In this document: positions 18,042 through 26,080 of the stretch, piece after piece
Layout: every line of letters begins with the position of its first letter
Numbering within the stretch: the stretch's first letter is position 1
Assembly (NCBI GenBank): GCA_963743885.1
Contig: CAVURJ010000001.1
Location: 12,949-76,948, forward strand
Source of the DNA: Candidatus Moraniibacteriota bacterium
GTDB taxonomy: Bacteria; Patescibacteriota; Minisyncoccia; Moranbacterales; UBA1568
Direction of reading: 5' to 3'
Length of the DNA stretch: 64,000 bases
Notes under the pieces: generated by a model
The model's input: the letters and a program-made list of their open reading frames with translations, nothing else
The model's database searches: none
Told to the model about the DNA's origin: nothing
Made by a program: the position numbers and the translations under genes

Positions 18042-18692
18042 GCCCGGCTTCAGTGCACCGAGATAGATGCCCATGACACGCACGCGGGTCAACCGCTCGA
18101 CGGTCATACGGGCCTCCGAGAGCATGCGACGGATCTGATGCTTCTTGCCTTCAGTCAAAATAATAGAGAGCGTGTGCGGACCAGCGACCGTCACTTTCTT
18201 TGCCTTGAGCCACTCACCTTCGCTCTTGACGCCCTCCTCGAGCACTTTCTTCGCCAGAGGCGGAATATCTTCGCGAACGATCACCTCGTATTCCTTCTCG
18301 TGCTTGAAGCGCGGATGGAGTAGACGATCCGTCACGCGACCATCATCCGTCAGAATGATCAGTCCTTCCGATGCCTTGTCGAGACGGCCCACTGGAAACA
18401 AACCTGGAAAACCGGCCACTTCGGCGATGGATCGCTCATTCCCCTGCGGCGAATGTGTGATGATGCCGCGCGGCTTGTAATAGGCGATATACGTAAACTC
18501 CTTCTCTTGGGGCGTCAGGCTGCCAGAGACTTCCACAGTATCGGACTCCTCTACCTTGCTGCCAAGCTCGGCTTTCTTTCCGTTGATGCGCACTTTCCCA
18601 GATGTGATGAGATCATCGGCTCCGCGGCGCGTCGAAAACCCCTTGATCGCCAGGTAGCGATTGATGCGGATAGGATAGGTAATTTCTTCCAT
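17982..18692 (-). CDS. rRNA pseudouridine synthase, RsuA/RluB family (S4 domain plus catalytic domain)
   Basis: 236 aa. The S4 domain is RINRYLAIKGFSTRRGADDLITSGKVRINGK. The catalytic motif VGRLDKASEGLIILTDDG contains the catalytic Asp. Confidence 0.85.
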   Translation of the reverse strand: MEEITYPIRINRYLAIKGFSTRRGADDLITSGKVRINGKKAELGSKVEESDTVEVSGSLTPQEKEFTYIAYYKPRGIITHSPQGNERSIAEVAGFPGLFPVGRLDKASEGLIILTDDGRVTDRLLHPRFKHEKEYEVIVREDIPPLAKKVLEEGVKSEGEWLKAKKVTVAGPHTLSIILTEGKKHQIRRMLSEARMTVERLTRVRVMGIYLGALKPGNSRQLRGLAKKMFLEGIGL

Positions 18693-18699
18693 ACAGGTA

Positions 18700-18890
18700 T
18701 CAAGTTTGTAAAGTTTGTAAAGTCATCAAGTTCATAAAGTCTTTCAAGTTTATAAAGTCTGTAAAGTTTGTAAAGTCATCAAGTTTGTAAAGTCATCAAG
18801 TTTGTAAAGTTTGTAAAGTTATAAAGCAGAGACCCTCCGAATCAAATTATTCTTTGCTTTATAAACTTGATAACTTTCAACTTTATAAAC
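18700..18890. repeat. tandem array of about 11 copies of the 9-bp unit T(T/C)TGTAAAG, some spaced by TCATCAAG, followed by inverted copies
   Basis: caagTTTGTAAAGTTTGTAAAGtcatcaagTTCATAAAG...TTTGTAAAGtcatcaagTTTGTAAAGTTTGTAAAGTTATAAAG. Inverted copies (ctttataaacttgataactttcaactttataaac) lie at 18855-18890. The same inverted motif recurs at 19405-19430. Confidence 0.8.
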
Positions 18891-18894
18891 TCAA

Positions 18895-19290
18895 TTAATC
18901 GTTGTAGCACTTGTCGCAGCGGCAGCCCATTTCCTTGAGCGCCTCGAAATAATCACGGCCATAGTTGTAGTGGAGCTCTTCACCGGCTTTGATATTCTTC
19001 TTCGCAACGATGAAGATGCGACCGCGGCGGTTGATCGCCTCGCAATTCGGGCGGCAGGAATGGTTGATGTAGCGGGCGGTATTCCATCGCGGGCTGCCGT
19101 CGATATCCCAGCGACTGTTCACGTTGAAGATATAGAGGTTGCTCACCGTATCCTTGGCAGGAATGCGATGACCCACGTACTCGATGATGGTCGTCCCCTT
19201 CTTGATATCGATATCGGCGTACAGTCCGAGGCCCGCGCTTGAGCGCTTGACCTTGAGATGCTTCGGGTGCTCGTGCTTCTCTTGCTTCAT
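18895..19290 (-). CDS. SET-domain protein (putative lysine methyltransferase) with post-SET Cys cluster
   Basis: 131 aa. NHSCRPNCEA...ELHYNYG...CRCDKC. Confidence 0.8.
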   Translation of the reverse strand: MKQEKHEHPKHLKVKRSSAGLGLYADIDIKKGTTIIEYVGHRIPAKDTVSNLYIFNVNSRWDIDGSPRWNTARYINHSCRPNCEAINRRGRIFIVAKKNIKAGEELHYNYGRDYFEALKEMGCRCDKCYND

Positions 19291-19442
19291 ACGTTTCTTC
19301 GTCGTTTGTTACAGAAGAAAAGTATAGCACGAGTTGTCAGAAAAATCAAGCCTAACGAACCGACCTAGAAACAAAATCAGATTCTTCTAAGAGTTTCTCT
19401 TCTGCTTTACAGACTTGATAACTTTAAACCTGACACACTCAA

Positions 19443-20561
19443 TCATTTCCTCTCCAGCGTGATGACGACGATTTCCGGCGTATTACCCACGCGCATGGCC
19501 GGCCCCCAGGTTCCGACGCCGTTCGTCGTATAGATGGAATAGTCACCGATAGTGCGGAGCCCGTAGTCGAACCCGTGGTAGACGAGGCGCGTGATGAAAT
19601 TGAACGGATATTGCTGGCCCTTATGCGTATGGCCGGAGAGCTGGAGGCTCACGCCCTGCTTGGCAAACTCCTCAACGTAGATTGGCGGATGATAGAGGAG
19701 AATAATCGGCTGGCCAGCAAACCGCGGCTTGAGCGCGAGGAATTTCTCCGGCGTGCCATCGACGGTCCCGTATTCTGGACAACTAATTCCGATCACTCCA
19801 ATACCGCCGAGATCAGCCATCTCGCCGTCGAGAACCTGGATGCTGGTGTTCTGAAGAGCGTCCCGAGATTTTCCAACTCCGAGATACGTCTCGTGGTTGC
19901 CTGTGACGAAGAACGTCCCGCGCGACGGGCGGAGATCCCGGAGTGGGAGCACGAGATCATCGAGCATCCCATCCATACCGTCGAAGAGATCACCCGTAAT
20001 GAAGACCGCTTCCGGCTGCACAGCATTCACCTGATCGACAACCGACTGGAGGAAATCAGCCCGGTAGACGCTCCCGAGATGGACATCAGAGAGCTGTACG
20101 ACCCGCTTGCCCTGCCACTCTTCCGGCAAATCCTTGATCTCTACCGTGACTTCTTTCAACTGCGGATGGAAAGCGTTCCAAGCGCCGTAGATGGAGACGA
20201 GGCCCGCGATGACGATAAGCACTGATCCGATCACGGGCAGAGATGCCTCGAAGTGGACTATCTTTCCGATGAGGACGACCACCCACAAAGCGAGGAACGC
20301 GAGCACGAGATTAGTCAGGACCCCGAGCCACCACCCGGCGACGAGGTAGAGAAAGCGGATCGTCTGGTATTCGAAGAGATGCACCAGGACCGACGCCAGG
20401 ATGAAACTTATCGAGAGGAAGAGGAGCAAACCGAAAAGTACTGTCCGCTGCCCGGAAGAAAGCGCCGGAAATATCCTCGTGAGCGAGAAATACACGAACG
20501 CGTGCGCGGAGAGAAGAATCGTCTCAGCAAGGAGGAGGAAAATAATCATCTGGATACGCAT
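19443..20561 (-). CDS. membrane-anchored calcineurin-like metallophosphoesterase
   Basis: 372 aa. Four N-terminal TM helices. Phosphoesterase motifs LSDVHLG, ITGDLFDG, GNHE, GHTH. Confidence 0.85.
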   Translation of the reverse strand: MRIQMIIFLLLAETILLSAHAFVYFSLTRIFPALSSGQRTVLFGLLLFLSISFILASVLVHLFEYQTIRFLYLVAGWWLGVLTNLVLAFLALWVVVLIGKIVHFEASLPVIGSVLIVIAGLVSIYGAWNAFHPQLKEVTVEIKDLPEEWQGKRVVQLSDVHLGSVYRADFLQSVVDQVNAVQPEAVFITGDLFDGMDGMLDDLVLPLRDLRPSRGTFFVTGNHETYLGVGKSRDALQNTSIQVLDGEMADLGGIGVIGISCPEYGTVDGTPEKFLALKPRFAGQPIILLYHPPIYVEEFAKQGVSLQLSGHTHKGQQYPFNFITRLVYHGFDYGLRTIGDYSIYTTNGVGTWGPAMRVGNTPEIVVITLERK

Positions 20562-20569
20562 ATGGGTAA

Positions 20570-20755
20570 GTAACCGTTCAAAATCTCATGTCTCGAGAAA
20601 ACGTTCGGGTTTCGAGATGAAAACATTGAAGAGATGAGGAAGGCTACATTCGTAACCTGACGAGTCTTGAAAGGTTTTCAGCCGAAACCCGGATGTTTTA
20701 TCAGACAAGCATGATTCTTTTTTATTTTATGAGCGGTGAGAGTTTGAACGGTTAC
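20570..20755. repeat. long imperfect inverted repeat (potential ~180-nt stem-loop) in a divergent intergenic region
   Basis: gtaaccgttcaaa (20570-82) is the reverse complement of tttgaacggttac (20743-55). Inner arms cgagaaaacgttcgggtttcgag (20593-615) and ttttcagccgaaacccggatgtttt (20675-99) are also near-complementary. Confidence 0.6.
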
Positions 20756-20848
20756 TCAAGTTATCTGCCCATATGGTAACACGAAGCCGTTGCGCCGGAA
20801 AACCGGGCCAGACCGTACTACGGAGGTAACCGCTAAGCATCCGGTACT

Positions 20849-21070
20849 ATGAACAAAGCCATCGCTGTCATCATCACGCTCGCCACGCTCGGAGCGGCCA
20901 CCTATCTCCTCTCCCGTAACTCAGGAAATGCCCAGACCGCGGCCATATCAGCGGATACCCAAACAGCCGGACAGACAGCCTCCCAGGCGACGGGAAACGG
21001 TAACCAGTACCGCTACGGGCAACAGAATACAGCCCGGCCAAATCCATCAGCTACCACCCAGACAAGCTAA
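20849..21070 (+). CDS. hypothetical small secreted Gln/Thr-rich protein
   Basis: 73 aa. Signal peptide MNKAIAVIITLATLGAATYLLS, then a low-complexity QTA-rich tail. Confidence 0.4.
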   Translation: MNKAIAVIITLATLGAATYLLSRNSGNAQTAAISADTQTAGQTASQATGNGNQYRYGQQNTARPNPSATTQTS

Positions 21071-21077
21071 CTTGTCT

Positions 21078-21110
21078 AAAAAAAACATCCTCTTTCTGAG
21101 GATGTTTTTT
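21078..21110. terminator. bidirectional terminator
   Basis: A-run, then catcctc-tttct-gaggatg, then tttttt. Confidence 0.75.
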
Positions 21111-21123
21111 GTATTCAACAAAA

Positions 21124-21438
21124 CTACTTTCCCGGTTTCTCGCCATCGAGACGACGGATCAGGTCGCGCATGTAGTACATGCCGGCGAACAAGAAGAATG
21201 CGGCGAGAAGCTTGACGATGCGGAGCGCGATAGCCCAGGCTGCGTCCTCGTACGTCACCGGCAGCGTCTCGAGCCCGCCTGCGACGATGAGGCAGACGAG
21301 TGCCACGGAAAGGAGCTTGTACGAGAGATCGAGCTCAAGCTCGACACGCCAGACGATGCCGATCACATAGACGAGCGTCACACACAGGAAGATACCCGTG
21401 AAGAGCGAGAGGACTGAGAGGATGATATCGGTGTTCAT
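21124..21438 (-). CDS. hypothetical 3-TM membrane protein
   Basis: 104 aa. Confidence 0.45.
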   Translation of the reverse strand: MNTDIILSVLSLFTGIFLCVTLVYVIGIVWRVELELDLSYKLLSVALVCLIVAGGLETLPVTYEDAAWAIALRIVKLLAAFFLFAGMYYMRDLIRRLDGEKPGK

Positions 21439-22847
21439 GGTTTCGCCACCCCCTTTCTCTTCGGGCTGATGAGACCGATCGCCGCCAGATGGCGCTCAGT
21501 GACATGCCGGATATGATGCATATAGAGCCAGTATTCGCGGATGAAGAGGAGCAGAAAGAGGATAAGGAGTGAGAGGAGCAGAAAGAAGATCGTCCCCAAG
21601 AAGCTCGCCACTTCATAGTACGTCACCTCGGCGTTCTCACTGAAACGAATGAGCGGCCAAGCACGAATACCGATCACTGCCTCGCGGCTCACGATACGCC
21701 CGCCATGAGCTGCATCAATTCGGATACGGTACGTCCCAGGCTCGAGTGAGAGCGGCGCTTTCCGATCCATACGAAGCGATGATCGGCCGGAACCGTCGAC
21801 CGGTGCGCCGAGACCACGGATCTCTTTGCCGGACGCATCGAGGATGAAGCTTGAAAATACGGTCCCTTCAGGAAATGCCGCGCCCGTACTCACGATGGCG
21901 ATATCGAGCGGATCACCTTGGAAAGCGAATTCTGCACCATTGTTCACACGAATGGTGAATCCGATACCGATACCCGGAATGACACTCCCCGACTGCCCAA
22001 CACCAGAACCAGTGGCAGCATCCCCCCCACTACCGCTGCCATCATTCGCATCTCCATCACGCGTCCGGAAGATGAAGCTGTCCGTCGCTGTCCGGGACGG
22101 GTCATTCGGATCGGTGATTGTCACGGAGAGAATGTGATTGCCGTTCTCGAGACGAACCGGCGGAATCCATGAGAAGTAGCCGTTCCCATTGGCGACGATA
22201 TCCGCCTCTATGGAAGGGTTGGTCATAGCGATTCTGACAAGCGCATCTGCGATATTGGTCGTACCGGTCACCTGCGGTCGGGTACGGTCCATGACGATAC
22301 CAGTACGATCGGAAGCGACAGATCGGCCGCCGAGCGTCTCGATCGTCACAGTCGCTGGGGGCAGAATATTGGGGCAATCGAGCGCCGTCGCAGAGACCGG
22401 GGCAGAGACAGCACTACCAGGCGCCATCGGGCCATAGGCTGTGATGATATAGGCATAGGTCGCGTTGGGGACGACGGCCGTATCGACGTACTGCGAGACG
22501 GTCACGCCGGTCGAAAGTGGCAGGCTATCGCGCTCGATATCCCAGGTATCAGTCGCGGCATCATTCGCCCAGTCGAGATTGATACGTGGTGCGCCCGAGA
22601 CACAGACCGGTGTCGCTATGATGACAGGCTGCGCCGGCGGACCGAGCACGACCGCTGTGACAGTGATGATATCATCAGCGAGCGCCGAGATACGCTTGGT
22701 AATATCATTCCGGAAGAAATCCGGTCCGAGCGCGAAGCCGAAGCCGAGATAGGCGGCGAATGAGAAAAAGGCGGCCCAGAAATGGAGCCGTGCGAGCCGC
22801 TTGAGTGATGGAGATGACCGATGGCGCATAAGAGCGTATCTCGACAT
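21435..22847 (-). CDS. hypothetical secreted/surface protein with Ig-like or FN3-like beta domains and a C-terminal TM anchor
   Basis: 470 aa. N-terminal signal/TM helix. Beta-rich Thr/Val repeats (ATVTIETLGG...; ILSVTITDPNDP). C-terminal hydrophobic segment. Stop/start overlap with the upstream gene. Confidence 0.45.
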   Translation of the reverse strand: MSRYALMRHRSSPSLKRLARLHFWAAFFSFAAYLGFGFALGPDFFRNDITKRISALADDIITVTAVVLGPPAQPVIIATPVCVSGAPRINLDWANDAATDTWDIERDSLPLSTGVTVSQYVDTAVVPNATYAYIITAYGPMAPGSAVSAPVSATALDCPNILPPATVTIETLGGRSVASDRTGIVMDRTRPQVTGTTNIADALVRIAMTNPSIEADIVANGNGYFSWIPPVRLENGNHILSVTITDPNDPSRTATDSFIFRTRDGDANDGSGSGGDAATGSGVGQSGSVIPGIGIGFTIRVNNGAEFAFQGDPLDIAIVSTGAAFPEGTVFSSFILDASGKEIRGLGAPVDGSGRSSLRMDRKAPLSLEPGTYRIRIDAAHGGRIVSREAVIGIRAWPLIRFSENAEVTYYEVASFLGTIFFLLLSLLILFLLLFIREYWLYMHHIRHVTERHLAAIGLISPKRKGVAKP

Positions 22848-22901
22848 GAATTTTGAGATCCACTCTAGCTATTTTAGCACATATAACGACGTTTTGCGGC
22901 G

Positions 22902-23717
22902 TCAATGCGCGTGCCGGAAACGATAGAAGGCTGCTCCAGCAAAGCAGAGCGCAAGTAGCATAACGATCGTGGCGCCGGCCGGCAAATCGAAGAAGAACGA
23001 TACGAGGATGCCAGAAAAGACGGATGCAACCGCAAAAGCGACTGAGAGCGCCATCGCGCGCGAGAAGCGCCGAGCCGCCTGAAGCGCCGCGACCGGCGGC
23101 AGGATGAGGAGCGCCGAGACCAGCATGACGCCGACTACCTTGATCGAGAGGACGACCGTGATCGCCGTAAGGAGCGCGAGAAGCGTATTGATCGTCTTGG
23201 TATGTACGCCGCTGACCGCCGCGTATTCCTCATCGAAGGTCATCGAGAAGAGATCCCAGTACAAAAGGACGAGCGAGAGGAGGACGACTACCGAGAGGCC
23301 GACGGAAAGCCAGACCTCCCCTGCACCAATCGCCAGGATGTTGCCGAAGAGGTAGCTGAAGAGATCGACATTAAAGCCGCCGGACAGACTCGCGAACAAG
23401 ATACCGGACGCGATGCCGATGGCTGAAACGATGCCGATGGCAGCATCACCATAGAGCCGCGCCTTCTCGGAAAGCCTGAGGATGAGAACGGAGCCGAGCA
23501 TCACGATCGGAATCGCGACCGCGAGCGGATAGACACCAGCGAAAAGGCCGAGTGCAAGCGCACCGAAGCTCACATGCGAGAGCCCGTCGCCGATGAGCGA
23601 CATCTTGCGAAGCACGAGGAACATGCCGAGCGCCGCACAGGCGACCGCCACGAAGAGTCCCGCGAGAAAGGCTCGCTGGATGAAAGAATAGCCGGCAAAT
23701 GCGATCAGATCATGCAT
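22902..23717 (-). CDS. znuB: metal (Zn/Mn) ABC transporter permease
   Basis: About 271 aa, 8 TM helices, ABC-3 family look. The start MHDLIAF overlaps the znuC stop (ATGCATGA). Confidence 0.8.
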   Translation of the reverse strand: MHDLIAFAGYSFIQRAFLAGLFVAVACAALGMFLVLRKMSLIGDGLSHVSFGALALGLFAGVYPLAVAIPIVMLGSVLILRLSEKARLYGDAAIGIVSAIGIASGILFASLSGGFNVDLFSYLFGNILAIGAGEVWLSVGLSVVVLLSLVLLYWDLFSMTFDEEYAAVSGVHTKTINTLLALLTAITVVLSIKVVGVMLVSALLILPPVAALQAARRFSRAMALSVAFAVASVFSGILVSFFFDLPAGATIVMLLALCFAGAAFYRFRHAH

Positions 23718-24429
23718 AGTCGTGATGATGTGTGATGCGGTGCTCATGGAGGAATGCCTCGGCATCACCGAAATACGCGACTTTTCGATCGATCACGAGG
23801 AGCTTGGTCGCATAGCGGCCGACATAGTCCATATCGTGCGTCACGATAGCGACCGTGATACGCTGCTCGCGGTTGAGTGCCTTGAGGAGCGCGAAGAATT
23901 CCTCACGTGACTCCGGATCAAGCGCGGTCGACGGCTCATCGAGGAGAAGAAGCTCCGGTCGATTCACAAGCGCACGAGCCAGAAGCACGCGCTGCTGCTG
24001 GCCGCCTGAGAGTTCGGAGAATGGCCGCGAAGCGAGATCCTCCACGTCAAGGAGCGCGAGCGCCTCTCGAGCCATCACTCGGTCATCCGAACGGAGACGC
24101 TTCGGAAAAGAACGGTCCGCCATAAGCCCGGTCAGGACCACCTCTTCGGCGCTTGCTGGAAAGAGCGGATTGACGGAAACGTTCTTCTGCGGCAGATAGC
24201 CGATACGCGAACGGCCGGCAGCGAGCGGCGCCAGGTCGCCGAAGAACCGCATCTCGCCGGAAACGGTCGGAGTGATACCAAGAAGCGCCTTGAGGAGCGT
24301 CGTCTTGCCAGCGCCATTGGGCCCCGTGATACAGACGAACTCGCCCGAAGCTACGGAGAAAGTGACATCCTTCAGGATATCGCTTCCGCCCAGGCGGACC
24401 GTCAGTCCAATGACATCAATTGCTTGCAT
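23710..24429 (-). CDS. znuC: metal ABC transporter ATP-binding protein
   Basis: About 239 aa. Walker A GPNGAGKTT, signature LSGGQQQRV, Walker B LLLLDEP. Start MQAIDVIGL at 24429. The 391-aa track ORF is an artefactual N-terminal extension. Confidence 0.85.
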   Translation of the reverse strand: MQAIDVIGLTVRLGGSDILKDVTFSVASGEFVCITGPNGAGKTTLLKALLGITPTVSGEMRFFGDLAPLAAGRSRIGYLPQKNVSVNPLFPASAEEVVLTGLMADRSFPKRLRSDDRVMAREALALLDVEDLASRPFSELSGGQQQRVLLARALVNRPELLLLDEPSTALDPESREEFFALLKALNREQRITVAIVTHDMDYVGRYATKLLVIDRKVAYFGDAEAFLHEHRITHHHDYA

Positions 24430-24442
24430 GTATGTGCACTCA

Positions 24443-25387
24443 TTATCTAGAACACCCCAGACCCTCGCTGAGATGAGCGAGATTCTCTTCCATAATGGAG
24501 AGGAAGGATACGCTTCCATTATAGTCCTCTTTTGCGATATTGTGAGCGGCATTGAGAAGCAGGAGCTTGGCTCCGGTCTCTGAGGCGATAGTCTCGGCGA
24601 TCTTCGGGCTCGCGAGCTCTTCATAGAAGACTGTGCCGATATGCTCGCGCCGAATCTGCTCGACCATGGCCGCGAGATCCTTCGCGCTCGGTTCAGCATC
24701 CGGAGCGATCCCCTGCGCTGCCATGTATTCAAGTCCGTAACGATGCGCCAGATACCCGAACGCATAGTGTCCACCATAGACAATCGTCTTCGACTGACAA
24801 GAAGCGAGTGTTGTACGGTACTCCGTATCGAGCGCTGCGAGCTTGCTGCTATAGGCCTCGGCATTCGTCCGGTATGCTGTCGCATGTGCTGGATCCTTCT
24901 CGGCGAATGCTTCCGCTATGGATGACGCTATCTTGGCCGCATTGTCGAAATCGAGCCAGATATGCGGATCCATCGATCCAGCAGGTTCGTCTTCATCATG
25001 AAAAACACTCGCGATCATTCCTATCCCAGCGCTCGCATCGACGACACGCACGCCCCTCCCGAGAGCGGACGCTGCAATATCGACTGCCCACAGCTCCATA
25101 ACCTCTCCGGTGTAGACGAAGACATCGGACTGGTCGATCCTCATAATATCGCTCGGCTTCGGATCGAAGGCATGCGACTCAACCCCCGGCGGCAGAAGGA
25201 GCGCCACATCGACATACTCGCCGCCGATTGCCTTGGCGAAGTCATAGAGTGGAAACAGCGTCGTAACGACGGAAATCTTCTTCTGTCCGTCCTCCGTATC
25301 CGGCTGACCAGAACCGCCGAATACGACATATCCGCCGATGGCAGCTACCACTAGAATGACGGCTGCGATAATAAACTTCTTATCCAT
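24443..25387 (-). CDS. znuA: metal ABC transporter substrate-binding protein (TroA/ZnuA cluster 9)
   Basis: 314 aa. N-terminal anchor helix. Conserved His/Asp metal-site context (HAFDPKP; DPHIWLD). Confidence 0.85.
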   Translation of the reverse strand: MDKKFIIAAVILVVAAIGGYVVFGGSGQPDTEDGQKKISVVTTLFPLYDFAKAIGGEYVDVALLLPPGVESHAFDPKPSDIMRIDQSDVFVYTGEVMELWAVDIAASALGRGVRVVDASAGIGMIASVFHDEDEPAGSMDPHIWLDFDNAAKIASSIAEAFAEKDPAHATAYRTNAEAYSSKLAALDTEYRTTLASCQSKTIVYGGHYAFGYLAHRYGLEYMAAQGIAPDAEPSAKDLAAMVEQIRREHIGTVFYEELASPKIAETIASETGAKLLLLNAAHNIAKEDYNGSVSFLSIMEENLAHLSEGLGCSR

Positions 25388-25414
25388 ATCCCCTTCTCCT
25401 AAAGATTGATTACC

Positions 25415-25840
25415 TTATGAACACTTGCCACACAACCCGAAGAACTCAAACGAATGATCCAGAATTCTAAACCCTTCTTTCTTCGCGATCCGCTGTTCCT
25501 CACCGCACAAGCTCCCCTCTAGGCGGATATCACGGACATCGCCACACGAGACGCAGGTCAGGTGATGGTGATGCTCCCCGACAAGTTCATAAAGCGCGAC
25601 ATCGTTCCGAAGCGTCAGTTCCTTGACGTATCCAGAGCGTTTGAGTGATTCAAGCTCCCGGTAAACAGTCGTTTTGTTGAAGGCCTTCCCTGCGAGACTG
25701 GCCCGCTCGAGCAGCACTGCGACCGATACCGGCTTCCCTGCCAATTCGAGCGACAGAAGGATCGCTTCACGCGCCGCCGACCGGCGGAATCCGGCCGCCC
25801 GCATCTTCTCAAGGATGGCTGCGACTCTCTGAGAGATCAT
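25415..25840 (-). CDS. zur: Fur-family metalloregulator, probably Zur
   Basis: About 141 aa from MISQRV. C-terminal HHHHLTCVSCG...C..C metal sites. First gene of the zur-znuACB operon. Confidence 0.75.
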   Translation of the reverse strand: MISQRVAAILEKMRAAGFRRSAAREAILLSLELAGKPVSVAVLLERASLAGKAFNKTTVYRELESLKRSGYVKELTLRNDVALYELVGEHHHHLTCVSCGDVRDIRLEGSLCGEEQRIAKKEGFRILDHSFEFFGLCGKCS

Positions 25841-25875
25841 ATCCCCTGCTTTACGGCTTATGTAATCCCATATTA

Positions 25876-25892
25876 ATGCAACCGAGTTGCAT
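25876..25892. promoter_or_regulatory. candidate Zur operator: 7-3-7 palindrome ATGCAAC-cga-GTTGCAT
   Basis: Perfect inverted repeat 36 bp upstream of the zur start (minus strand). Confidence 0.4.
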
Positions 25893-26060
25893 CTGTCAAG
25901 AGACAAGAAAAAAACCGCCTTAGGGCGGCACTCTATATATAGAGATATCAGCATATTTCTACCCCTCCTTCTTTCCATCCCTGTATCCTCCATCACTTAT
26001 CCATTATCTTTTATCTTCCCCGACTATTCCCCATCACTTATCACTCATCTATTATCTCTT

Positions 26061-26080
26061 ATCTTCTTCATCTATCCCCT
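26061..26080. repeat. CT-rich dispersed motif copy (ATCTTCTTCATCTATCCCCT)
   Basis: Matches 11517-11536 exactly, and 5838-5857 with one mismatch. Confidence 0.5.

Noticed and set aside
18700-18890. CRISPR array
   Set aside because: The units are only 9 bp, directly abutting or spaced by the same 8-mer, with no unique spacers and no cas genes.
23710-24885. 391-aa track ORF for the znuC region
   Set aside because: The first ~150 residues are low-complexity Arg/Ser-rich and overlap the znuA 3' region out of context. The ABC ATPase homology begins at MQAIDVIGL (24429), directly after the znuA stop.
25415-25996. 193-aa N-terminally extended Zur ORF
   Set aside because: The extension covers the palindromic operator and promoter region and has no Fur-family homology. 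The Fur-like protein starts at MISQRV (25840).
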